Below, one piece after another: positions 31,968 to 43,006 of a DNA stretch of 64,000 nt. A model generated the notes under the pieces. The model saw only the letters and a list, made by a program, of their open reading frames with translations, was not told where the DNA came from and searched no databases. The DNA is taken from positions 384,001 to 448,000 of the forward strand of contig CAWFAK010000012.1 in the NCBI GenBank assembly GCA_963813715.1. Direction: 5' to 3'. Source of the DNA: an uncultured Planctomycetaceae bacterium. Lineage in GTDB: Bacteria > Planctomycetota > Planctomycetia > Planctomycetales > Planctomycetaceae. Within the stretch, counting starts at the first letter, position 1; every line of letters begins with the position of its first letter. A program made the position numbers and the translations under genes.

Positions 31968-32050
31968 CCGGCTGCGGGCAACGAATATAAGGAACAGCGT
32001 CGTTTCTTTGCCGACATCGACCAACCCTCTGAGCGACTGCGAGCCGTGTG

Positions 32051-34319
32051 ATGCGTGTCTGGCCTGGACGACCCTATCCCCTGGGAGCGACCTGGAACGG
32101 TTCCGGCGTCAACTTCGCGATCTTCAGCGAGCACGCCACGAAGATCGAGCTCTGCCTGTTCAATGACGCCGACGACAAAAAAGAATCGCAGCGGATCGAG
32201 CTCAAGGAGCAGACCGATCTGGTCTGGCACTGCTACCTGCCCGAGATCGTGCCGGGGCAAATCTACGGCTACCGCGTCTACGGACCGTACGAGCCGGACA
32301 AAGGGCATCGATTCAACCCGAACAAGATCCTGCTCGACCCTTACGCGAAGGCCATCGCCCGCGACACGAAGTGGGCCGACGAGCTATTCGGGTACAAGCT
32401 GGACGATCCCAACGCCGACCTCTCGTTCGACGAACGTGATAGTGCCGAATTCGCCCCGCTGGCCTGCGTGGTCGATACGGCCTTCGTGTGGGGCGATGAC
32501 AAGCCGCCCCAGGTTCCCGCGCACAAATCGCTGATTTACGAATTGCACGTCAAAGGGTTCACCAAGCTGCACCCCGAGGTCCCGGAAGAGCTGCGCGGCA
32601 CCTACGCGGGGCTCGGCACCGAGCCCGTGCTCGACCATCTCAAGAGCCTGGGCGTGACCGCCGTCGAGCTCTTGCCCGTGCACCACCACGTCGACGAGCG
32701 GCACCTGCTGGAAAAAAAGCTCTCGAACTATTGGGGCTACAACTCGCTCGCGTTTTTCGCGCCCGACTCGCGCTACGTCGCGACGCACTTCGAGCAGCAG
32801 CCCGTGCAGCAATTCAAAATGATGGTCCGCTCGCTGCACTCGGCCGGCATCGAAGTCATTCTCGACGTCGTCTACAACCACACGGCCGAAGGCAACCAGC
32901 TCGGGCCGACCCTCTCGATGCGGGGGATCGACAACGCCTCGTACTATCACGTCTCTCCCGAGAACCCGCGGTACTACATGGATTTCACCGGCTGCGGCAA
33001 CACGATGAGCATGCGCCATCCCGCGTGTGTTGCAGCTGATCATGGACAGCCTGCGGTACTGGGTGCTCGACATGCACGTCGACGGGTTCCGCTTCGATTT
33101 GGCGAGCACCCTCGCCCGCGAGCTGCACGAGGTCAACAAGCTGGCGGCCTTCTTCGAAATCATCCACCAGGACCCGGTCCTCTCGCAGGTGAAGCTGATC
33201 GCCGAGCCGTGGGACGTCGGCGCCGGGGGCTATCAAGTCGGCAACTTCCCCGTGCTGTGGAGCGAATGGAACGGCAAATTCCGCGACGACATGCGCAAAT
33301 TCTGGAAGGGGGACGGCGGCCTGTTGTGCGATTTCGCCACCCGCCTCTCCGGCAGCAGCGACCTCTACGAAACGGGCGGCCGCCGGCCGTCGGCCAGCAT
33401 CAACTTCATCACCTGTCACGACGGGTTCACCCTGCACGATCTCGTCAGCTACAACGACAAACACAACGAAGCCAACGGCGAGGAGAACCGCGACGGCAGC
33501 AGCAACAACATGAGCTGGAACTGCGGTGCCGAAGGGCCGACCGACGATCCCAAGATCAACGCCCTGCGCTTGCAGCAAAAACGCAACCTGATGACGACGC
33601 TCGTGCTCTCCCTGGGCGTGCCGATGATCTGCGCCGGCGACGAGCTGGGCCACACGCAGAACGGCAACAACAACGCCTATTGCCATGACGACGAGCTGAG
33701 CTGGCTCAAGTGGGAGCTCAACGACGAACAGCGCGAATTCCTCGACTTCGTGCGGACCGTTACCCGCATCATGCAGGAGCAGCCGGTCTTTCAGCGGCGG
33801 AATTTCTTCCTCGGCCGCAGCATTCGCGAAGAGGTCAAAGACATCTCCTGGTTCGACCCGAAGGGCGAGGAGATGAGCGACGAGTCCTGGAAAGCCGGGT
33901 TCGCTCGCTGTCTGGGCGTGCGGCTCGACGGCGAAATCATCGGCGAAGTCGACGAGCACGGCAAACTAATCGTCGGCGACACGCTCTTCCTGTTGCTCAA
34001 CGCCCACTACGAGGCGATCCCGTTTGCTCTTCCCTCTACCAAGGGGAACCTGAAGTGGCAGGTGCTGATCGACACGGCCGCATCGCCGGCGACGGGCGGT
34101 GGCGAAGTCGAAACGGAAAAATACGACCTCAAAGGCCGCTCGATGGCCGTGTTGGTCGTGCCTCGAGTTCCCGCCGAAGAGGCGACTAACGGGAATGGAA
34201 AAAGCGTTGTGGCCGCCAAGGCCCCGGGACTTCCCGGAACATCCGACAACAGCGGCGTCGCGGCCGGCACGGCTGCGCGCGATTTGAAGACGCAAAGAGA
34301 AGAGAAAGCTAGGGCATAA
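32051..34319 (+). CDS. glgX: Glycogen debranching enzyme GlgX/TreX (frameshift near 33022)
   Basis: [64 protein letters not shown]. Confidence 0.95.
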
Positions 34320-34369
34320 GCGCGCCCGATCTCGCGCTTCAACCCGGCTGCTCGATCCCCGGTCTCGGG

Positions 34370-34994
34370 TCAACGTGCCGCCCTGATAAACCTCAGCCAC
34401 ACGATCGCGACGAGGGCTGCCACAGCCAAAGCTGCTCGCACGACCCCGATCTTGGTTTGCGGCAGAATCGTGATGAGCCGCGGTCGCTGTCTGCGATCCC
34501 AGATCCGAAAGATCAAAACCCCTCCGCCCACGAACCCGAACAGATAACTCGCGCAATGCGCAGAACCAAACTGCCATGAAGCGATTCTGCTGAGAACGGG
34601 GAAGCAGTTCGACCCAAGCGTCCGGACGTAACTCCGTCAGCACAAGAATGGAGCGCTCAGAGAGCGCGAAGCCGACGCAGCCAGCCACTATCGCCGCGGC
34701 TGCGGTCGCCCCGAGAACAACAAGCAACGGTCGGTAAAGGCTCGAAATGGGCATCCCAGGGAGACCAGGCGACTGAGACGCCTGCGCGAGGAGAAACCCA
34801 AGAACCAATCCGACGCCAAGCGTAGCAGCAACTCCCCAACACAAAGCCAGCAATGTCGGAGACGAGACTGGGAAGAGGGGTGGGTGTGCGAGCATGAAGT
34901 ATTCAATGCACAACCGAGCCGTAATTTGATCGTGGACGACGCCATAGAACATCGCCGCTCCGAGAGTGAGCAGGACGATCTTTGTCTTCTGCAT
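34370..34994 (-). CDS. Hypothetical membrane protein (frameshift near 34560)
   Basis: YGVVHDQITARLCIEYF..AHP...WGVAAT. After the shift it reads HCASYLFGFVGGG...LRFIRAAR*. Visibly lower GC than its neighbours. Confidence 0.7.
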
Positions 34995-35024
34995 CGAATG
35001 CATCCGCCACCCTGCCGAAACTTC

Positions 35025-35061
35025 CTGGGGGCGAACCGAAGCGGTTCGACCCCAGACACCC
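35025..35061. repeat. REP-like extragenic hairpin, family A copy 2
   Basis: ctgggggcgaaccgaagcggttcgaccccagacaccc; shares ctgggggc...tcgaccccagNcaccc with the reverse complement of 8577-8609. Confidence 0.7.
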
Positions 35062-35082
35062 CGTTCGCGGACTGCGCGAGTC

Positions 35083-36507
<1,425 letters not shown>

Positions 36508-36563
36508 ATCGTCTACCGCTGCCTTCCGTCAAAAACGGTGCGGGATGTTGCGCGAACGTGGAT

Positions 36564-37070
36564 TCAATGTGTGGCGGGAGAACTCGGCGAGGCGGGGCTC
36601 GAGGGGACGCCGATTGACGCCCCGTCGCCCCCGGATGGGCGGGTCTGGCGAAACATCTTCAGCATTCGGTCGGTGATCAGGAAGCCGCTAACGATGTTCG
36701 TCATCGAGGCAAACAGCGCAATCGCGCCGAGCATGCGAATCGCCGGTGGATAATCTTTGTGCCCCGTCACCATGATGGAGCCGACGATGGCGATCGCCGA
36801 GATGGCATTGGTCAGCGACATCAGCGGCGTGTGCAACAGTCGAGACACGCGACCGATCACGCCCATGCCGATGAAGGTGGAAAGCGTAAACACAAACAAC
36901 ATCGACCAGTAATCGATCGACTCGGGTTTCTCTTCGTCCGGATCGGCATCGGAAGCCGCGGCCGACGGCGCGGCGTCAAAGGCGATGACGGAAACGGGCC
37001 ACGCGCACCGGCTCGGAGGGCCGCCGGGGAACGTTGCGCTGGCCAAGAGAGTCAACAATCCGAACAGCAT
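36564..37070 (-). CDS. NAD(P) transhydrogenase alpha subunit, membrane (C-terminal) part only
   Basis: LHTPLMSLTNAISAI...NIVSGF.ITDRMLKMF. Confidence 0.88.
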   Translation of the reverse strand: MLFGLLTLLASATFPGGPPSRCAWPVSVIAFDAAPSAAASDADPDEEKPESIDYWSMLFVFTLSTFIGMGVIGRVSRLLHTPLMSLTNAISAIAIVGSIMVTGHKDYPPAIRMLGAIALFASMTNIVSGFLITDRMLKMFRQTRPSGGDGASIGVPSSPASPSSPATH

Positions 37071-37236
37071 GGACTGGGTTCTTTCAAATCGGCATCAAGC
37101 GGACGATCAGGCGGCCGCGGCCCGCCGGAGTGAATTGTGTGAACTGCAGCCGTTCGCTTCAATCAAGGAGCAAGAACTTCATCGTCCGGCCGTCGCGCTT
37201 CGCCGAAAGAGCCCGACGGCCTCGCGGAGAGCCTCA

Positions 37237-37860
37237 ATGAGCGCCGAGCCCCCGTTCGTTTATCGCCTGCGCGTGCGGTTCGCCGAGTGCGACCCGCAAA
37301 AGGTGGCTTTTAACGGCGTCTACGGCCTCTACATCGACCTGGCCGTCTTCGAGTTTATGCGGGCCATGGGTTTTGGCGAGTCCCTGGTCAAAGGCCCGCT
37401 CGACTACCAGGTGGTCAAGCAGTCGGTCGAGTGGACGGGGCCCGCGAGGTTCGACCAGATCGTCGAAATCTCGATCTGGGCCAAGCACCTGGGTAACACG
37501 TCCTTCACGATCGCCACGCAATTCCGCATCGCCGGCGACCACAAGGTCTCGGCAACGGGCGAGACAATCTACGTCCTGGTCGACGCCAAGACGCTCACCA
37601 AGACACCGCTGCCAGCCGAATTCCGCGCCGCCCTCGCGCGGCGTGCGGTCGCACGCCGACTGCACGCCGCGTCCGCAGCCCACGCTCGGACGCTGACCGA
37701 TGCGGTCCGGAGTCCTCATGTTCCCGACTGCCCTTGCGGCGGACGACTCCCCCTTCTGGCTCCCCTTCCCCTTGCGGGGTCTTTGCAAAAACACTGTCCT
37801 GCACAACAACTCGGACGGCTGCACAAAAAGTCCGGTAGCGGGTGCGAGTTGAGCCGCTAG
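37237..37860 (+). CDS. 4HBT/YbgC-family acyl-CoA thioesterase (3' end uncertain; the domain ends near 37650)
   Basis: LRVRFAECDPQKVAFNGVY, PARFD, LGNTSF, YVLVD...LPAEFR. Confidence 0.85.
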   Translation: MSAEPPFVYRLRVRFAECDPQKVAFNGVYGLYIDLAVFEFMRAMGFGESLVKGPLDYQVVKQSVEWTGPARFDQIVEISIWAKHLGNTSFTIATQFRIAGDHKVSATGETIYVLVDAKTLTKTPLPAEFRAALARRAVARRLHAASAAHARTLTDAVRSPHVPDCPCGGRLPLLAPLPLAGSLQKHCPAQQLGRLHKKSGSGCELSR

Positions 37861-38157
37861 GCAGCAGTCAATTGCGGCTAGTCTAAAGAGAACGCTACGA
37901 TTCGCGACTTTTGTGAAAATCGCCGAATCCTGGTGGAAAATCACGATCAGGGGCGAGTCGCGTGCTGACACACTCTTTGACCGCCTGGCAGTGAAGCCAC
38001 TCGATTTGGGGAACCCAGATCGTCTCGATTTGTTCGCGAGTCATTTCAGTATGAATGCGGGCGTTCTTTGACGGAGCGCCCTAACGATTCCAAACCAGTA
38101 CACGCCGCTCGATACTAGAGCACCCAGCGTCGCCAGAATGGCGCTTCGCCGTCGCAG

Positions 38158-38244
38158 TGGCCACGTCCAAGTCCGGTCCGGCTTATCGGTCATCGGCACG
38201 CTTCGCTCATGCCGTGATTGTACCGGGAGCGGCCGACGTGGCCA
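38158..38244. repeat. About 87 bp palindromic element (long stem-loop)
   Basis: Perfect 10 bp terminal inverted repeat tggccacgtc/gacgtggcca, with inner ccgg/ccgg and tcatcggca/tgccgtga stems around a cgcttcgctc loop. Confidence 0.55.
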
Positions 38245-38297
38245 AAACTCGGAACCGCGAGGGGAGAGGGGTACAAGATCTTCGCGCGGGACTCACG

Positions 38298-38985
38298 TCA
38301 CTTCGCCGTCAGCTCGAGCAGCTTGACGTTCTTGAACCAGACCTTGTGGCCGTGGTCCTGGAAACCGAGGTAGCCCTTCCGCGGAAAGTCCTTGATCGCT
38401 CGCGAAAACTTGTTGCGGTGGCCGTTTGGGCCTTGATGCGGCACCGTCCACTCGTCGCAGTTGAGCTGAGCCACGTGCTGCCCGTTGACTTCGACGTCGA
38501 TGAGCGGCCCTTTGCAGGTGACTTGGATTGAGTTCCACTCGGGCGAGAGCGGCTTGTCGAACTTCTTGGGAGGCACGACGTCGTAGATCGCGCCGAAGTC
38601 GTGGTAGCCGGTGCCGACTTCGTTGGCCACTTGCACCTCGAAACCGGTTTGCACGGGATCGTGCGAACTTGCCGACGCGGAAGAAGACTCCCGAATTGCA
38701 AACGGGCTCCATCTTGACGTCGCACTTCAGCACGAAGTCGCCGAATTCCTTTTCGTAGACGATCAGGTATCCGCCCGTATGCTGGGTCGTCAGCGCGCCG
38801 TCTTCGATCGGCGACCCGACCGGTTTACCGGTGTTCGTCCGCCAGCCCGTGTGATCGTGCCCGTTAAACAACAACTGCCAGCCGGCCGCTTTCTCCGTGG
38901 GGCTCAATTCGTTGTCGGCGGCGAGGATCGATCCGCTCGTCACGACGCTCAGGACGATTGACGTCCACAAAACCGCTTTTCCCAT
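38298..38985 (-). CDS. DUF1080 (3-keto-disaccharide hydrolase-like) secreted protein (frameshift near 38670)
   Basis: Signal peptide, GWQLLFNG, FGDFVL, NSGVFFR, GFEVQ, GAIYD, EWN, GYLGFQDHG..VWFKNVK. Confidence 0.9.
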
Positions 38986-39368
38986 CGACAGGCTCCCGGT
39001 GTGTGCCGCTGGCTCTCGTGCAGTGTCGCCGCTGATTATCCCCGCCGTCCGCCGGAGTTTTCAATTCGGTTCGAGGCGGATGGGCGACGTCCGATAAACC
39101 GTCTTGCAAAATGCCCCGCCCCTCGCCAAAGTTGATATGCCGCAATTGGACAGGCGGACAGGACGCAAACGGCTGACATCGCTTCGGCCGCGGGCAGGCG
39201 TCCGGAAGTGGCCTCGCGGGGAAACTGGGGCAAAAGTGGATCCGCGATCCGGCCGTCCGTTCTATCAATAGAGGCACCTTGCGGGCCAAGGCGTCGATTT
39301 CACTTCTTTGATTCTCTGGCAGCCCGCACCCACGCTGCACGGGCGGCGCCGCGGGGCAGGTCCGCGCC

Positions 39369-40022
39369 ATGGCCAACGAACCTTTCGAGAGCGAGATCAC
39401 GCCCGAGCTCGCCAACCGCGTGATCTACGGCGACAAGGCGGCCCTCGCCCAGATCTTCGATCTCTACCGCGTGCGGCTGCGGCGGATCGTGAACTTTCGG
39501 CTCGACCGCCGCGTCTTCGGCCGCGTCGATCCGGACGACGTGTTGCAAGAGGCCTACCTCAACGCCCAGCTGCGGATGAAGTCGATCCTGGCCGACCGGG
39601 CCGAGACTCTGTTCATCTGGCTGCGGAAAATTCTCAACCAGACGCTGGCCGACGTCCACCGCCGGCACCTGGGCACGCAGAAACGCTCGGCCAAGCGGGA
39701 TGTGTCGATTCACGGCGGCTGGTCGACCGAATCGACCTCGGCAGCCCTCGCCATTCACCTCGCCGGCAGCCTGACTTCGCCCAGCCAGGCCGCGCTGCGG
39801 GCCGAGCAGGCCGCCCAGATCGACGCATCGCTGGCGACCCTCAGCCCCGTCGATCGCGAGATCCTCGCGCTGCGGCACTTCGAGGAGCTGAGCAACAGCG
39901 AAGCCGCCCAGGTGCTCGGCATGACGACGCAGGCCGCCAGCATGCGATACGTGCGGGCACTGACGCGGCTCCGCGAAGTTTTGCCCGTGTCGCAACTCTC
40001 GGCGACGCCGGGCGCTCCCTGA
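39369..40022 (+). CDS. ECF sigma factor of the kinase-associated planctomycete type
   Basis: RLDRRVFGRVDPDDVLQEAYL, RRHLGTQKR, TSPSQAA, DREILALRHFEELSNSEAAQVLG...RYVRAL.RL. Confidence 0.92.
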   Translation: MANEPFESEITPELANRVIYGDKAALAQIFDLYRVRLRRIVNFRLDRRVFGRVDPDDVLQEAYLNAQLRMKSILADRAETLFIWLRKILNQTLADVHRRHLGTQKRSAKRDVSIHGGWSTESTSAALAIHLAGSLTSPSQAALRAEQAAQIDASLATLSPVDREILALRHFEELSNSEAAQVLGMTTQAASMRYVRALTRLREVLPVSQLSATPGAP

Positions 40023-40054
40023 CGGAATGGGCCGGGAAGGACCCGCGCAGAATC

Positions 40055-41317
40055 ATGGCGGACGAAACGCAATTTGCCACCGATATCTATGGCCTGCCCT
40101 CGGGCCGGCCGAGCAACGCCACGCAAGATCGCGACCCGCTCGAAGTCTTGGCCAGCGAATTCGTCGCCTCACTGCGGCAAGGCGAGGAGCCGGGCATCGA
40201 CGCAGTGGCTGTCGCGCATCCCGAACTGGCGGCCGAAATCCACGACCTGTTTCCCCTGCTGGCCGCGATGGAAGGCTGGAAGGCCTACCGCGAGACGACG
40301 TCGTACGAACATCGGTCGCTCGATACGCTGCCGGGTGGGCAGTTCGGCGACTTTCGCGTCATCCGCGAGATCGGCCGCGGCGGCATGGGCGTTGTGTTCG
40401 AGGCGGAGGAACTGAACTCGGCCCGCCGCGTCGCCATCAAGGTTTTGCCCTTCCTCAAGTCCGACGCGCGACGAGCCCTCTTCCAGCGCGAAGCCAGCAC
40501 GGCGGCCCGGCTCTGGCATCCGCACGTCGTCCCCGTCTACAGCTTCGGCGAGCACCAAGGGCTCTGCTATTACTCGATGCGGCTCGTGCGTGGCGTCGCC
40601 CTCAACTGGGTCATCGATCGCCTCTCGGGACACGAAGGGGCCGTCGCCGCCAGCGATGTCTCGCAGGGGTTCGATGGACCCGCCGAAGATCAACACGAAT
40701 CGCACGCTCAAACCGACGCGAAGTTTCCGCCCGGTCGTCTGCCGATCGTCGCCTGGCGGATCGCTCGCAACTCGTGGTTCGAGATTGCCCGCATCGGAGC
40801 GCAGGTGGCCGACGCGCTCGACTATGCCCACAAGAACGGCATCGTGCACGGGGACATCAAGCCGGGCAACCTGCTGCTCGACTCGGCGGCCAACGCCTGG
40901 GTGACCGACTTCGGCCTGTCGCGGAACGAGAGCGAGCCGCTCGAGGCGTCGTCCGGCCTCGTCGGCACGCTGCGCTACCTGGCGCCAGAACAACTCTCGG
41001 GTCACGCGGACGTCCGCACCGACATTTACGCGCTGGGCGTCACGCTCTTTGAACTGTCCACACGGACGGCGGCGTTCGGCCCGGCCCACCTGTCATTGCT
41101 GATGGACCCGCAACGACGACCCGAGCTGCCCCGTGCCCGACACGTGAACCCCAAAATTCCGCGCGACTTGGCAGCCATCGTCTTCAAGGCGACCGCGAAA
41201 GATCCGGCCGCCCGCTACGCCTCGGCCGCCAGCCTGCGCGACGACCTGTTGCGCTTTCTCGGCGGACGACCTGTCCGCGCCCGCGGACCGGCCGGCTGGC
41301 TGCGTCTACTGTTTTAG
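40055..41317 (+). CDS. Hanks-type Ser/Thr protein kinase with no TM or sensor domain
   Basis: IGRGGMGVV, VAIK, HGDIKPGN, DFG, GTLRYLAPEQ, DIYALG. Confidence 0.95.
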   Translation: MADETQFATDIYGLPSGRPSNATQDRDPLEVLASEFVASLRQGEEPGIDAVAVAHPELAAEIHDLFPLLAAMEGWKAYRETTSYEHRSLDTLPGGQFGDFRVIREIGRGGMGVVFEAEELNSARRVAIKVLPFLKSDARRALFQREASTAARLWHPHVVPVYSFGEHQGLCYYSMRLVRGVALNWVIDRLSGHEGAVAASDVSQGFDGPAEDQHESHAQTDAKFPPGRLPIVAWRIARNSWFEIARIGAQVADALDYAHKNGIVHGDIKPGNLLLDSAANAWVTDFGLSRNESEPLEASSGLVGTLRYLAPEQLSGHADVRTDIYALGVTLFELSTRTAAFGPAHLSLLMDPQRRPELPRARHVNPKIPRDLAAIVFKATAKDPAARYASAASLRDDLLRFLGGRPVRARGPAGWLRLLF

Positions 41318-41328
41318 ATCTCGATCGT

Positions 41329-41910
41329 CTAGATCTCGATCTTCATCAGCGAGCAACTCTTGGCGTAGCCGATCGTGCGTTTGACGAGCGGGAACGTGCG
41401 GGCGACCGCCATTCCCAGGCCCAGCTCGATCAGGGCTTCGTCGCCGTAATGTTGGCGGACGCGTTCGCGAAGCGTTTCGTCTTCGCCGCCGGACACAACC
41501 GACTCGGCGAAGTGATAGACATCAGCCAACTGGGACGGCAGGCGATCGGGCTGCCGATCGTAGACGGCGCGGAGAATGTCCGGCGATACGCCGTCGTGTT
41601 TGGCGAAGTTGATTCCGATCTGCAGGCAGGGCCCGCAGTCCTCCGACCGGGCGGCAACCAGGTGGGCCACGGCCGAAGCGTCTGCCGGCAACGCGTGGCG
41701 ATATTGAGCGAGCTTTCCAAGCTTGCCGAATTTCAGGAAGGCCTTTGGCGAGACGTTGGCCATCCACCGCGCGTACTCAGCCGAGACGCCCGATTTCTTC
41801 TCGAACGAGTCGATCCAGCGGAAGAGGAATCGCCGCATAAGGCCGCGGGGCTGGATTCTCTGCTCGTCCTGTTCGGTGCGAGTTGATTTGGGAGCAACTG
41901 TGGTTGACAT
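41329..41910 (-). CDS. AhpD/carboxymuconolactone decarboxylase-like protein
   Basis: EDCGPC (CxxC) motif in a helical AhpD-like pattern. Confidence 0.65.
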   Translation of the reverse strand: MSTTVAPKSTRTEQDEQRIQPRGLMRRFLFRWIDSFEKKSGVSAEYARWMANVSPKAFLKFGKLGKLAQYRHALPADASAVAHLVAARSEDCGPCLQIGINFAKHDGVSPDILRAVYDRQPDRLPSQLADVYHFAESVVSGGEDETLRERVRQHYGDEALIELGLGMAVARTFPLVKRTIGYAKSCSLMKIEI

Positions 41911-41980
41911 GGAAGGCTCCTTAGCAATCGCGTCTCTTAGGGAGACATCAAGGCGAAACCGTCGAAAAGACAAAATCAAC

Positions 41981-42053
41981 GAACAGGAGGTAACAGAGCG
42001 TCATAAACACGCCTCGAACTTGATCTCTCTGTTTCCTCGGTTCCCTCCTGTTC
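41981..42053. repeat. Extragenic inverted repeat
   Basis: gaacaggaggtaacagag ... ctctgtttcctcggttccctcctgttc. Confidence 0.6.
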
Positions 42054-42093
42054 AAAATCTTTTTGCCTCCTCCGGCATTTTGTTTACACACGT

Positions 42094-42849
42094 CTAGGGC
42101 AGCGTCACGCGGCCTCCCGACGAGACCAGCGTTTGACCCGTCATAAAGCTCGAGCGTTCGCTCAGGAGAAAACAGGCCAGTTCGGCGATTTCCTCCGGCC
42201 GGCCGAGCCGCCCCAGCGGCGTCTCCTTTTTGATCTGGGCAATCTGCTCGTCTTTGAGCACGTGGGCCATCTCGGTTTCGATCAGACCGGGAGCGATGCA
42301 ATTCACGCGCACACCATGCGGAGCAAAAGCGTCGGAACAGCAGCGGGCCAGTGCAATCACTCCCGCCTTCGACGACGCGTAGTGAATCTGCAGGGCTCGC
42401 GGCCGCAGCGCGGCCACCGACGAGATCAGCACGATCCGGCCGAATCCGCGGCGGATCATTTCGTCCTTGACCGCAAAGACCACGCGGAACGTGCCGTTCA
42501 GATTGGCGTCGATCGTTTCGAACCAGCGCTCATAGGTCAGCTCGGTGTGAGGCGCAATGTTGCTGACGGCCCCGCAATGGGCCAAGAGGTCGATTGCTCC
42601 CAGTTCGCGGCGGGCGTCGCTGACCAGCGTGTCGATCTGCTGCTGATTGGCAACGTCGCACGGGCCGCAGATCGATTTGCGTCCCAGGCTGCGAATTTCG
42701 GCGACGACTTTTTGGGCCGTCTCCCGGCGAGTGGCGTAGCCGATGGCCACGTTTGCGCCGCCGCGGGCCAGCTGCAGGGCCGTCGCGCGGCCAATTCCGC
42801 GCGATCCGCCGGTGACGAGCGCCACGCGGTTTTCGAACTCTCCCGGCAT
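42094..42849 (-). CDS. Short-chain dehydrogenase/reductase (FabG-like)
   Basis: ALVTGGSRGIG, ISSV, YASSK, VNCIAPGLIET, GRPEEIA. Confidence 0.93.
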   Translation of the reverse strand: MPGEFENRVALVTGGSRGIGRATALQLARGGANVAIGYATRRETAQKVVAEIRSLGRKSICGPCDVANQQQIDTLVSDARRELGAIDLLAHCGAVSNIAPHTELTYERWFETIDANLNGTFRVVFAVKDEMIRRGFGRIVLISSVAALRPRALQIHYASSKAGVIALARCCSDAFAPHGVRVNCIAPGLIETEMAHVLKDEQIAQIKKETPLGRLGRPEEIAELACFLLSERSSFMTGQTLVSSGGRVTLP

Positions 42850-43006
42850 CGTCGACATTCCTCCGTGCGTGGAAAAGCTTTGCTGTGGAGTGCGGTGGGC
42901 GTGCGTGCGGAGGTCCTCGGATTGGCGTCGGGCTGAACCTTCGCCGCCTGCTTGCATTATAGTAGTCGCAACCGTTTCGGGATTCCGTCGAGGCGAATGA
43001 CTGCCC

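Noticed and set aside
32990..33040. Programmed frameshifting or pseudogene status for glgX and the other split genes
   Set aside because: No slippery heptamer or consistent signal; the density of indels across housekeeping genes favours sequencing error.
37911..37940. Two relaxed DnaA-box-like 9-mers (TGTGAAAAT, GGTGGAAAA)
   Set aside because: They match only a degenerate consensus with one mismatch each; too few to imply an origin or datA-like site.
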